A stretch of DNA of 62,617 nt, filler included, from Choristocarpus tenellus KU-1152 (lineage: Eukaryota > Protista > Phaeophyceae), in the NCBI GenBank assembly GCA_964200185.2. It is 10 parts of 10 records of this genome, joined end to end, with 100 filler letters (N's around TTAATTAATTAA, not from the genome) between each part and the next. Parts side by side here need not be neighbours in the genome. Positions count along the whole stretch, not along the records: positions 23,744 to 31,981 come from CAXNAD020004949.1; positions 32,082 to 38,437 come from CAXNAD020008315.1; 8 more parts are not named here. One strand, 5' to 3'. The position numbers and the translations under genes were made by a program. How positions within the stretch are numbered: position 1 is the first letter of the stretch; every line of letters starts with the position of its first letter. This document shows positions 25,151 through 38,388 of the stretch, piece by piece. Below the pieces are notes generated by a model, which searched no databases, was not told where the DNA came from, and saw only the letters and a program-made list of their open reading frames with translations.

Positions 25151-27770
25151 CCACTACTACCTGCTGAATGTTGCTTTTCGTACTGGTCTCTTATTTTAGG
25201 CACACTTATTTTTTGTGTACACGATTTATTGATGTTCGGACATATGGATCGACGAGGTCCTGGGTGTTCTTTTTCCTGTAGGGCTCTGGCGATGCTCACA
25301 GCGTTGATGACAGTCTGACTCAGCTTTTGGGTGCTAGTGAGCATATTTAGTGTCTGGGTCTCGACTCCTCCTCTTACCTGCATCAATTTTTTTTCCCTTT
25401 TTGTTCCTCATATTTTTTCTTTGTTTAGGTTTATTCTTGTATTTTTGAGAAGTTTTATATTATATATTTTTATTATATCCTCTGACATTTTCCAGATGTG
25501 TCAGGGGAATATCCAACGAAAACTATTCACATGTCAGAAAAATCCCTAAAAGAGTAACAGTTGTCATAAATAAATGTGAAAAACAATACTCTACTATTTT
25601 ACTACCACCTATTATGCTGCACCCTTCTGCCTTCCTGTGGCTCCAACCTAGCTAAGTCCTGCACCCCAGGGTGAGGAGCTAGGGAAGCATCCCAAGATTG
25701 TAACAAGCCCCTCCTTGCCCATCTCCCTGGTGTCTCCAGCTTAAAATGCATGACACACCTAGACAGGGTGACCTGCGCTGTAACAGGGACTATTTGTCGT
25801 AGACCGGACTTGACCGCCCCTTTTATTTTATTATTATTTTTCTGTTGAGTATTATGTTGTTTCTATATTTTTATGTTTTCAGTAGGGTATGGGTTAATTA
25901 GAGTGGTACGGTATGACTAAGAATGAAAACTGTTGACCTATACACGGAATTGTTATACCGTTTGGGTTCAATGTATAGCATCATATCACTCTGCTAGCCT
26001 CCCTTTTCTTACTCAATAATATTTCCAGACTAGTTGAGTGTCTACTGGGGTATATGCTTCTATTTCAAATATATATTAGTATCCCCTCTAACATTTCGCA
26101 TATGTGTCAGGGTAGCACACACACACACACACACACACACACGGTTACAGATAGCAGACAAAGGGCAGCAATGCCTACCTCAATTTTGGCAATTGTGAGA
26201 AGCTTGGTGCCAAGAAAAGGGTGCTCACCCCATTCCTTTGACGCCACCGATTCTCTCTCTCTCCCTTGATTGCCAAGGTCACACCAATAACGCCACACAC
26301 ACGTGCTCAATTCTCACACCTTTCAACCTTCTCTGTTGTACACATGCATGCCATGAGAGAGGGCTGGTCGATCCCATAGGGGCCCATATATTTTATGCTT
26401 TGTAACGTCGAGTTTCTTTTCCCTTTTCTTTCCCTCATTCCGTAACATAACTCCAAAAAAAAAATACCGTGTTCCGACACCCCGCTCACATGTATACCAT
26501 CTTATTCAAAGTGTAAAGTGGAGACTGTCCATCTGTCTGTCAGCTTGGACGTTACCAGGACTGGCTCCCACCATTGTATGTCTGCTGAACTTGCTCACGC
26601 CACTGACTCTTACTTCCCAAAAAAATAAATGAATAACCAACACCCCATGAATTGGGCTGGCTCTAAGTGACCCTAGCTCATCGTTGTTAGTTCTCCATGA
26701 AATCGCGGGAGCTGCCTCAAAAATTCATACATTAACTATTTTAAAATCCATGTTTAAATGGAAGCCAATGCATTTGATTTCATCCAAAAGTCTTTGGATG
26801 ATGAAGAACCCGGGGATGCATCCAAATTATTTTCCAGTTCCAAAACCTTTTTTGGCCCAAAGATGAACCTGGACTATTCAATGTGCATATTATTGTTAAT
26901 CTGGAAGAGTTGTGCACTGCTGACAAGGCCCTGCCACAAGAACTAAATGCAGTTGAATTATATTTCACCTCCTGTGGTCTTATCACCCGCCACCTTACAA
27001 CATGTACAAGGTTTTGCTGCGTAGCCATGATGCAACGCTCAGTGAGCATCAACCTCTTACTGTACAAATTTAAGGAGTAGTTATTTCGAATAGTGCCTTG
27101 CATAGTGTGGAATGACTTCTCTCAAGTAAACGACCTGAAGCACAGTACACTAGAATCTGTGCACATTTGTAATGGAAGCCACTCACAAATTAGAGTCCCA
27201 TAGGAATACCGTCGTTGACATGCAAGAAACATAATCCAGAATATATTAATGTACCCACAAACATTACAAATAAACACTAGCTACATCTCTAAATTCTCAA
27301 GTTCATGGTCACCTTGGGTGTGCTCCCACGAAGGTTCACAATCAGCACAATCTGCCCTCCTTTGACAACTCTATTTCCTTGCCACTGCCGAATTCATCCT
27401 GGACACAGCTCACAGCCTCAGTAGGGCTCATTGTGTTTATATAGTTTTCTTGAACACAAGAAGGGAGGACTCCCTGTTGGAAGAACTGCTGACCATCTGC
27501 TGCTCATTCCATGATGTAAGCACACCACAGATGAACACCATGCAAGTACTTGCAAGTGATACAAGATGCAATGCACTAGTACCAACATTGCACCGGTATG
27601 AACCTGCACTGCCTCACACCACACATGGAATGAACAACACAACACACCCAAATAAGCCCTCCCCTCCTGTGGCACTTTAAATGGTTTAGACAACCAATTT
27701 TAGTATGTATTAAAAGCTGGCATGCACCACAAACCCCACGCATTTTGCATGCCCTGAGTAATCCACGCCG

Positions 27771-30700
27771 TCAAAAATGTTGACTGCCCCACTCTCCTTT
27801 TGATTGTAGGTTTCCTGGGGGTGCAGGAGGCGGGAATGGAGTCGCAACTGCTCTAGCTGAGACTTCCTCCACTGCTGCAGCCACCGTCTCTCTCGCTTGA
27901 TCTTGTTCACCCCAAGAGGACAAAGGCCTTGAGCCAGGGGTTGAGACTGAGCAACGAGATAGATCACTCCACATCACACGAAGGCGTTCTGCAACCTGTG
28001 CAGCAAATACCCTCTTTGCTCCTGCTTGCGAGTGGTTTGCTATATTGTCTGCTATCTCCTCTCCTTCTCTCCTCTCCGTTGGCAAATCAAGGCCGCCTAT
28101 TGGAAGAACAAAAAGTGATGGGGGAAGGGGGGGGGTGGGGGTGGGGGGGGGGATGGGTTACAAGAAGGTAACACCCCAGAAGATCACTTCACAAATGTTT
28201 AGAGCAGGAGGAGATTTGTAATCTCCTGGTCCTTCCAGTCCTTGTTTATGTCCCTGGAGAAAAAACCACAGGGCTATCACTCTTGACTATGATTTGGATA
28301 GTTAGCACGGGCTCTGAGAATGCCTCACATAACAAATCAAGAGGGAGATACAGCGGTCAACAGTGATTTAAAGTCTAATCCGTATATCATTATATATCTG
28401 CAACACTTACTACATGGTTCCAGCTACAACTTGACAAAAGACTTGACACAGGTCAGAATATTCTGCGGAAAAAGCAGCAGTTGAATCGAATCACGCCTAT
28501 CCTTCCAGCCCTTCCCCTACACACACACCTTCACTGTCTTCCCCCCTTGCTTTGTTTGCAACTCCCACCAAGCTCCTTGCGTCATCATAGCACCCCCTTT
28601 GCACATCCTGCTTCAAACAGATGAATCAAACATGAGAAAACACTAGGATGATTCTGCGCACTGTGGGCACACAGGTAAAGAAGAGCAGCACCATTTACTC
28701 GTAACACATGGCACATAACACCCCAAGACAAAAGAGACTCTCACCTCAGACATAAAGATCTCACCTGGCAGATACTCATCACCAGTTCCTCCAGCACCTC
28801 AAGCATGCCCTCCACCTTCGCCTGTGCCTCTGGTTTCCCCCCCCATTCACCCTTTGACAGCCCACTCAGAGACTGGATAGGCTCTGACAAAGGCAGGTCT
28901 GCATTCATGAAGCCAGCTCCTCCCACTTCTCGTAATCCCCCCCCACACTTGATCCCCAGCACCTCCTCTGTGATATCTGGGCCTATCGGCAACCGCAGTG
29001 CCCGTCCCTCTCCATCAACTAAAGAGCCATGACAAGACCCAGTGCTAGTGCCAGCAGCAGTCCTTGCCAACGACGCTGCTGCTGCACTTCCCACCTCACC
29101 CTTGCGCTTCATCTTCTTTGGTTTGGACCCTGCAGACCTCGCCCTGCCCTGCTCCCCTCCCCCTCTCCTCTCCGAACCCGCCCTTGATGCAGACCTCCTC
29201 TTTACCCATCCACCCCCACACTCTGATGGGTGTCTCCGACACTCACCTGGCAGCATGGGATCGTGCCCTGGCACAGCCCTACCGACCACAGATCGTGCCC
29301 TGGGGCCGCACCGTACCTTCTGTGACTTTGAGACACATGAAGCGGTGTTCTCTCTCTTTGTCACATGCGCAGTAGCTGTTGTCACTCCTGTTCGATTGCT
29401 TGATTCTGCCTTGGTCCTAGTCCCACACCCCAAGTCTCTCCTCCCCAGCATTGATTTCCCTGAGCCAGTTCTGCCTGATTGGATAGAGTACGGCCGGACC
29501 TGGGCCTGGGTAGTGAGTTCAGTTGATGCTGTGGCTGCGCCTCTAACCGGGTTATTGTTGGTGACACCTGGCGCAGAGATTGGCCTGACCAAGGTTTCAT
29601 CCCTGTCACACCCTGTGACCTGAAAAATGGGGGTTTTGGGATACCATAGGGGCAGTGGATTCTCAGGGTCAGGCGGGTGTAAGCTCACACAAGCAGCCAA
29701 GCGAGACTCCGAATGAATAGGTACACCTGGTACAGAGGAGACCAAGGAACTGCCCCAAAAGGGTACAAACACAGATAAACCCTGCCTTACCACCTTTTGA
29801 CTTGGCGAGTGTGCACACTAGGGTGGTCACAACTAAGTAAAAAAAAACATGATCTCTACAAGTCAAGGATGTGTGTGCAAACCACGGAAAATATTTGACT
29901 CTGAAGTGCCCAATACAGCCCCAAACCTCTCTCTCAGCACGAACCCCTTCCCACTCCACACTGGAGCAGTCACCTTGGGGTTCGCTTGACCCACTGTTGA
30001 GCAAGATGAAGTCCCCTCGCCGGCTGCATCTTCACTGCCCTGGGAGTCGATGGGATGCAGTGAGTGTGGCATCTCCTCGCCTGTTGATCTGCTTGGGTGA
30101 GGTGAGAACCCCCATGAGGCCAAGTTGAGGACCACCTCTGGCTCCTCAAGAACCACCTGTGGAACCACACAAAACAACCCAAAAGAGGCGTAAGTGACAT
30201 CAGCGCCAACAAGTGTGAGAGGGGTTACGAGATACCAGGGAGAATTGCTCAGGTGCAGGCTGGCCCAGGGAGAGAGGGTGAGGTGTACGGTGGCACTATC
30301 TGCATTAAATGTATGTCTTGCTGCATTTGGTTCACCAGTCACGGATCTATTAACTAGTTGCACTGCAAGGCAGACATCATGCATCTCAGGGGGGATAAAT
30401 GGGTTTGGACATTATCTCGAGGACCTGGCACAAGGAAGGGAGGTACGACTCGCGATAACAGCCTCACCAGCAAATTGTCACTCAACATTCATTGCAACAA
30501 CTCTTGAAGGTGCAGGCCGGCGAGAACTTCAGTCTCTTCGTCAACACCATAGAAACGACACAACCTACAAATTGTACCCACCCCATCAACGCCGTTGGTT
30601 GCAATTCAACAGTTCCAACGAAGAGGAACAATCTAATCTACACTACCAAGTATTTCTCACGTTCACTGAAGTTCATTGGAAGAAAAAAAAAAGAGAGGAA

Positions 30701-31781
30701 AAAGAGAGGAAAACAAGAAAAATAGATTTTGCCCTAACTTCTCTCAAGCCCTCCAAGTCCCTCCACAAACCAGTGACATCACTCACCACCGGCATCGCAC
30801 TGCGCCCCTCTAGCTCCGCCATGATGGAAGCCTCTGCCTCGCTTCCGATGTCTGGGTTTCCATCAAGGACGAGCGCACAGAGGGTGTCATTGTGATGCAG
30901 GCAAAGCGAGATGAAGGCGGCACCGCGGTATGTCACCCCATTATTGGAGAGGTTGAGTCCCACCTACAACTCACAAAAGTAGATGTGAACAAATGGCATG
31001 TACAGTGACGGCAAGCAAGGGGGGGGGTGGAGGGCAATATGGGTAGATTTGAGATGGAGATGACTGAGGCAATGTTAGTGTTGATTAGTGACAGGGTACG
31101 TGTGTTGGGGGGAAGCAAGTGGTTGGACTGAGATGTGATCTGTAAGCAACCATGAAGGTAAGGAACACAACCCAAAAACAAGATATCGAGAAGAGGATCC
31201 AACTCTTTTGTCGCTCCTCCTAACTCACACCCCACCCTTCACCTAAACCTTGCATGCCTTGGTACTGGCCTAGCAATGTCCAGCACAGAAGAACAGCCCA
31301 CCGAACATCAAAACACATCCCACTGGGGGTTCCAGAACAGCCACCAGGATGGATCGGATACACTCCTCCTTACCATCCAAGAGTCATTCTGCAGACCCTT
31401 GGCGATTGCGTGCACCCCAGCATCCCCCAGAAAGTTGCCAGACACATCTATCATGAGGCAACCAGCTGTGGTGACCTGTGGAGGCACATAGGTGCCTGTG
31501 CTACATGGCACAGGAGACTCACGCAGACCAGAACTCCAGATCAGGTTGTTCCGCCGGCTTGCATGGGCCTTAATGATCATACCCACCAGACGCCCCCCAG
31601 GCTCTGCCTGGAGGTCACAGCGGCAAAAGCTGAGGCAGGTCAGGGTCAAGTGGCTTGCCACCGCAGTCGCAAGTGCACCAATAGCACGCCTGTCTCCAAG
31701 ACTCACCCCGCTGAGTCGCAGGGCCTTGAGTTTGGAGTTTCCTCGGAGACCTCGCGTGAGTTTCAGCGTCCCATTTCCGGT
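27771..31781 (-). CDS. CEP78: Leucine-rich-repeat protein, CEP78-like centriolar protein, 5' partial
   Basis: Exons 31781-31374, 30963-30787, 30156-29974, 29619-28765, 28607-28529 and 28096-27771, all phase-consistent. RNI-type LRRs carry the insert IIKAHASRRNNLIWSSGLRESP, then GNFLGDAG..LQNDSWMVGLNL..NDTLCALVLDGNPDI, as in CEP78. Long low-complexity C-terminus. Confidence 0.7.
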
Positions 31782-31849
31782 CTGAATCAGGCAGTAGGGG
31801 TGGAAGGGAGGGGAGAACTGGGGATGTAAGAGCTGTTGACCTCAAGGGT

Positions 31850-31911
<62 letters not shown>

Positions 31912-32427
31912 TGCTACAAACCTCCAACAGCATGTAGAGGGAGGGAATTGGAAGTAACTCGCTAGCAAGTGCAGGAGAGCGNNNNNNNNNNNNNNNNNNN
32001 NNNNNNNNNNNNNNNNNNNNNNNNNTTAATTAATTAANNNNNNNNNNNNNNNNNNNNNNNNNNNNNNNNNNNNNNNNNNNNGTATTTCTGGCTGTCCCCC
32101 CCCCCCGGCTTCCTCATTCCATTCGCTGCCTCTAGGGTGGGTCGCAGTATCTGGTGCGTGGGCTTGAGGATGAACTAACCCTAACCCTTCCCAGGAAGGT
32201 CTTCACTCGGAGTAGACCTCAGCATGTTCTGAACCCTCCCTGACCTCTGGAGGTCCAAATCTGTGTCCAAATCTGTCATACGGCATCGGAAAGAATAAAC
32301 GAAAAAATATAGCATCAAAAAAGAAAGCTAAAATGAATAAAATAAAATAAATCCATCCGGAGGAAAGTTGAAAGGAAGAAAGAGCCAGTCGGTGGAATCC
32401 AAAGAAGTCCAGGTCTGGTTCTCTCAC

Positions 32428-32512
32428 CTATCTTTCTTCCTCCACCAGGTCTCCCCTGTTCAACACACCACTGAGGAAAATTGTCCAACAGAAAAAAACA
32501 ACCTGGGAGGAG

Positions 32513-32551
<39 letters not shown>

Positions 32552-35131
32552 AAATATTGCCTACTATCAACATACAAAACTGCACCTTAGAATGAGAAGG
32601 ATTAAAAGATCTCGCCACAACGATGGTTGTTGACAGAGTGGGAGATACTTCTGGGCAGAGTATCTCTTAGACTCAATTTGACAAGATAAGGTATACTATT
32701 GGTCAAGGGTCGCTTTTCACTATTGTTCCCTGAACCTTATAAATATATATATATATATATTATAATACTATCTTGTCAAAGACTCCTTACTCAGGGAGGT
32801 TGGTGGAGGTGGGAAATTAGCATGATCATGTCAGATTGCATCCTATCGGGTATCTCATGTTAATGCTGATTGGCTTAGGAAAGGAGTACTCTTGAGTCTC
32901 CCGTACAATACCTGAACATCTATTAAAAATCGATTTCCGCTTGGCACGAGAGACAATTCAACCCTAACCCTAAGCAAAGCGATGCTTGCAAGCAGTACCT
33001 ACTGAGATATAACACACATCAGACTCTTGGGAAAATCTTGCATCCCCGAGAGTCCTGTCCATCTAACCCTAACCCTAACCCTAACCCGTTCGAGGGTTCC
33101 TACTCTATCCCACAGAAAAAAACATCAAACACACACACACACACACACAAACAAACCCTCTCCACGCCCCGCTCAACTTTTTTCAGCGACACAAGCCCAC
33201 CGCCTTCCAAGCTTTGGAAGAAGAAAATAAATTAGTTAAGAGAACGGGGGTGGACTCCTTCAGCAGTTACACGGATGTGGATCCAGCACTAAACTGCCCA
33301 AGGAAGGGGTGACAGACAGCACACAGCCTCACTTAGAGCACTGAGCCCTTCCTCCGCACCCCCAGGGTTGGAGTTGATATGGAACAAGGCATTGGTTGAA
33401 CTCAGTCTAGTCTATGTCTCACATTGAGGAAGAGTACCCTCAGCTGGGGGGGGCAGAACGCCAGGTTTACCACGGCAGCAGGAACAAACACGCCCCAGTT
33501 GGCCACCATGGTGCTCTTGTAGTCCTTGCCCAACTGCATGCTTATGTCCTCCACGTTCTTGCCCTCCATGAAACCCAGCACCTGTGTCGAACGATCAAAG
33601 TACTTTTATAATAATAATAATTATTATTGTTATTGTTGAAACAGCAAGCAATGAGAATGACGTTCTAAGGCAAGAGCCTGGTAGTAACGACTAGTTTACA
33701 CTGATGTGAACGCTGATGCAAATACAAATACAAATACACACACATATATATATATACATTTTTTGGTGTACCACACCTGTCTTGAGAACATGTATTAAAA
33801 AAAAAGGAAAAATTAGTGCGTACATTGGTCAAGTCTTACCACGCACCTCCAACAATCTAACGTCCATAGCAGCCAAACAGTATATACACAGGGTCTATTG
33901 TTGACTCTGATCCTAGGGTTAGGGCTTTATGGATACGGGACTAGCACTACCAAGATGAACAACAGCACAGAAAAGGGAGATAGATGACGTACGGGCGTGT
34001 CTTTGTGCGGTAGAAGGGAAACAAGCTTCCAATACAAAAATTCTTAGGAAAGTATAGGGGAAACAAAGCAGTGAGGTTTTTTTGCTATGGTGAGAAATTT
34101 GTCTCAAGATCTCTTGAGGAAATGAACAAACAACCCCCTCGAGTCAAACTAATTCACATCAGGGAATCATATAATATAGGTAGATTAAGATCAGGTGGAA
34201 AGCCTTGGGGACAGCTCTGCTCACCGCGAATATGACAACCGTAAACACTGGCGCCTGCACAAACTGGTCAATGACGACCTTGAGGCCAGTAGTGGTGGAC
34301 AGCGGATCCGGTGTTGGAGGGAGGGCGCCGTCCAGAAGTACATAGAAGAACTGGTCAACCAAAAAGAGATGAAAGTAAGGTTCACTCTTGGGAAGGGAAG
34401 GCCAGGCGCCATAAGAGTATGTGTCTTCTTCTGCGTGGTTTGTCATTAAATCGGGCCTTGCGATATGCATTTGGTTTGCAGTGCCATACATGAATAGGCG
34501 CCAAAATCCTTACACTATGCAACTCAACTGTTTGAGTGAGTGTCAAGTGTGCAAATAGAGGTGGGGTTTGTATTTCTTACGTGGTTCCAAGGCGCTTGCA
34601 CGAAGAAGCCAAATGTGAGCCATCGAATGGTCCGGAAAATGTCCCAACTGCCTGAGTCAGCTTCGACGTTGCCGCGCCTATCCAAGAGCTGGGCGGTTGC
34701 GTCAGCCGCAGGGAATATGACCCCTGCTGTGACAGACTGGAATGGACAAGGGCTGTCTTAGGGCTATACTAGTGACCAGTTGATGATCACATGCTAGTGA
34801 GATCGAAATTGACAGGGAAAGCTCCAACCTTGGTCAGCAATGGCGCCGTGTCCAAGGCGTGCAAGTACGAGTCCCACAGCTCCACTGGGGATCCTAGCAT
34901 GACTGTCGATTTCACTGAGAAAGATGAACATCCTGGTCGCTTTGACCAGATCTCTCCGCCGAAACAACCATTACGGTTGCTATTTCGGATCCCTCTGCAC
35001 GAACCGTAACGTGACATATCTCGCAAGGGGTGCTGATAGGCGGTTGCGAGATGTCGACGAAACAGTCCCAAAAACACGAATAAGGCAGCAGCTTTCCTTG
35101 TTTGCAACGAAAACACCATTATCTTGCACAT
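32428..35131 (-). CDS. Mpv17/PMP22 family membrane protein (~272 aa)
   Basis: Exons 35131-34829, 34736-34581, 34350-34225, 33581-33423 and 32502-32428, all phase 0. Motifs YLHALDTAPLLTKSVT, ADATAQ, KVVIDQFVQAP, NWGVFVPAAVVN, PPQLRVLFLNVVFFCWTIFLS. Confidence 0.93.
32678..32780. repeat. Small inverted-repeat element in Mpv17 intron
   Basis: TTTGACAAGATA ... TATCTTGTCAAA flank ~80 bp including a (TA)n tract. Confidence 0.5.
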
Positions 35132-36278
35132 TGATGCTCACACAAGGTGTTGTCTCACGAATATTTTTCCACAGGCGTCAATGCAGGGCGCAGGACAACA
35201 GGGAAGTATGCTTAACAGAGATAGATGTACAACCAACGTGGTAGTGAGGATGTACAAGAAGAGTCAGTTAGAAATGTTTGACATGACATGTTTCGGAAGG
35301 CGTCGGTGACCGACGATTTCACTCAAATTTCAAAAATCACAACACTTACCACTTGTACACAAGCAACATCAACAAGTACCAAACCTTGTGAGCTGCACTA
35401 TCAGCCTGTACTTTTCACACAGATGTGAGTGATGCCTTTACTATCCCTACGTGACTGGTGGGGATCAGGCTGCTTTGTAAATTTAGCAAGTCCTTGTTGA
35501 CAGCACTGTACCAACCTTGGTTGCCCCACCCCCGTCAACTGCCTTGGGTGATATGTCACTGGAAGATCACATCATCCCTGGAGTTTTATTTGTCTGTTAT
35601 ATTTTTCGGTGTCATATCAAACCTTAGCCTCTGTTTGGAGGTCGTAAACGAATTGTCCTTCATAAGCCACTCTTTAACATGTTGTCCTACACTCTAGGGA
35701 ACATTTCAGTGTAAACAATAAAGCCGTTTCGATGCTGCGATGATTGCTCGAAATTGATCAATGGTGATGGAGCTCATAGAGTAGGAATATTACTTGGGGG
35801 ATCCTGAATTTTTCTTCCCAGCGTGATTTGAATTCAGTCCAGATTTCCCCAACCGCAAAACTACACACCCCACTCTTAATTACACTATTTTCTTCCTATG
35901 ATGCATATTTGATTGAAAGAAATCCTTCCCCCCGGAGAGCGGTCTCGCAAATCGAGAATTGATCCACCTGGGTTGCCTAAACAGAGGTTGAAGTACAACT
36001 ATACCACAGTAGATATCTTTTCAAATTTCTTTCCCTCGATAAGACTTTCCTGTTACATACATCCGTCGACAGGAACTGTTTCAGGTGCTTCGTTAACCCT
36101 AACACCACTCTAATCCTAATCCGACCCTAACCTCTCTCTCTGGCTGTCAAAGGGACAGTACGTCGTAATTGAAGTGGAGGGGAGTGTGGACACAACGTCA
36201 TTTCTTCTTGGACGATACCAAAGGTATATCGGGCAGAGGACAGGGGACAGACGGTTTTTTATTTTTTGTACGCGTAAT

Positions 36279-38388
36279 ATGTCTGAAAAGAGAAGCAGAC
36301 ATCCAGATGAGGGTGCCGAAGATGGGGAACATCATGGGAAGAGATCGTCTCGCCGTGTCAAGAAAAAGGTGATTCAATACAATAACATGATTCAATACAA
36401 TAACATGAAGAAACGAAAGAGCAAGAAATCGATACACAGTAGTGGCACTTTACCCTTGAATGCTCGCAAAATTGTGAATTCGATGTTGGAGGCGAAAGCA
36501 AAACCAGCAGATGAGATTTTGTCTGTCATACAATGGCACTGCCTGGGGAGACCTTTTGCAATCCTCTATCCCTAACCCTAATCCTAAGTATTATACGAGA
36601 CGATAAAAAGGTTAGGGTTAGGGTTAGAGTTAGGGTTGTACGTTGTCCCCAAATCATGTTTGTTGTCAACATTGCGAATGCTTCCATAATAGCTGTCCTT
36701 TTTATATGTATGTCCAAGCTAACTATTAGCTATTGAAAGGCCTAGCTCTAAGTTTTTGACCTAGTGGTTAGGTTAGGGTTAGGGATAGGGTTAGGGTTAG
36801 GGTTAGGGATAGGGTTACGATCGGTGGTAGTGTTGCGAGAGCCCTACTCAAATGTCTGTATCTACGAAGAATTGCATGTAATTCATCAGTCTACTTCACC
36901 TGCAGTGATCTCCATGTTTACAATGCTAATAACACAAGTCATTGTTGTGAGCTCTCAATTCGTGCTTGTTTGGTATATATTATAATTTGGTATAGATTAT
37001 TGTTTGGTATAGATTATTGTGCAGTGATGAGTTAGATGCCCCGGCAAGAGTCTTCAACTTCTGTGCCCACAGATTGCTTTGCAGTATGTCAGTTTGTTTA
37101 GGGTTAGGGTTATTTTTTATTTTTTTTAAGTCACGGCTGACAAGAATTCAGGGTCTTAAGAGTCAGGGTTAGTTAGGTTTAAGGCTGGCTTGTGGGGTGG
37201 GCGTGGTGAGCTCAGACATTCAAGATGCCCTCATTATATTATCAAACAGAAAGAGCCCGTCCTTGAGAAAGAACTGCAGGGTCTTCTGCTCGGTGAGAAA
37301 TGTTCCCATCTTGAGCCAGTGTTGAAGTAGAGGTAGCAGTCTTGAGCCAGCCCTCGAACCACCTTTTTTGGGTATTCTTTTTTTTTTGTTGGAAGAAAAA
37401 AGAAAAAAAGAAAAAAGAGAAATGTACGACCTTGAGTAATTTTTTTTTACTTTTTTTTTTTTTCATGGCGCTCTTTTTGGAAAATTCTTTTGAAAAATTC
37501 TGCAAAATCTATTCGTGCAGACAGGTTAGGGATATCCTTGGCTTAAGGAGCCCGAGCCTCTTTTTTCGCTCTACAGTTCTTTTTTTTTCTTTTTTTTTTC
37601 TCTCTTCTGGGGGTATCTTGTTGTTGGTGGGGGAGTGAGTGCAAGGATCCAAAATTTAATTGGATCCTTGCACACGTCCAGATCTTGTCGCCAGATTAGC
37701 CATCAACTTAGTCGATCAACATCCTAAGTTGATTTTGATTTCATCCAGATGGATCAAAAAACATTTTCGACATGTTGGGAGAACACCTGTAGAATGAATG
37801 TACTGCCAAGATAACACATCTTGGAATGGTACACGATTCACTATTTTTTTTTTTTGCCCTAACCTTAACCCTAAGTTGCCATTCATATTGATATATATAT
37901 ATATATTATATTAATATATATATTTTTAACGTGATGGCGTTGCCCTATAACCCTAACCCTAAGTTTCCATTCGTATTGATATATATATATATTATATTTA
38001 TATATTTATATTTTTAACGTGGTGGTGTTGCCCTATAACCCTAACCCTAAGTTACCATTCATATTGATATATATATTATATTTATATATTTATATTTTTA
38101 ACGTGGTGGTGTTGCCCTATAACCCTAACCCTAAGTTGCCATTCGTATTGATATATATATATATTATATTTTTTAATGCAGTGGCATTGCCCTAACCCTA
38201 ACTTTCAGTTGCATTCATATTGACATGAATATATTTATTTATGTATATATATATATTATTATTATTTAATGCGGTGGTGCTGGTAGGTGTCCAAAGTAAC
38301 TGTGATGCAGGGTCAGAGTAATGAAGAGCGAAGGGAGATAAGAAGGGAACAAAAGGCACTCAGAGACGAGATCATCACCAAAAGAGAG
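36279..38388 (+). CDS. Probable NSE4 (SMC5/6 kleisin) N-terminus, 3' partial
   Basis: Exons 36279-36368 (MSEKRSRH...VKKK) and 38287-38388 (...GQSNEERREIRREQKALRDEIITKRE), both phase 0. The second resembles the Nse4/EID N-terminal helix. The contig ends shortly after. Confidence 0.5.
36569..36817. repeat. Short interstitial telomere-like (TTAGGG/CCCTAA)n tracts
   Basis: CCCTAA run ~36569-36587 and TTAGGG runs ~36610-36637 and ~36767-36817. Others near 32176, 32961, 33063, 36094 and 37098. Confidence 0.9.
37854..38280. repeat. Minisatellite, ~75-90-bp unit, ~5 copies
   Basis: Unit TTGCCCTATAACCCTAACCCTAAGTTGCCATTC(A/G)TATTG(AT)n...TTTTAACGTGGTGGTG. Confidence 0.9.

Noticed and set aside
29042-30895. 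Plus-strand ORFs of 193 and 233 aa
   Set aside because: Antisense to the exons and introns of the CEP78-like gene; no domain signal.
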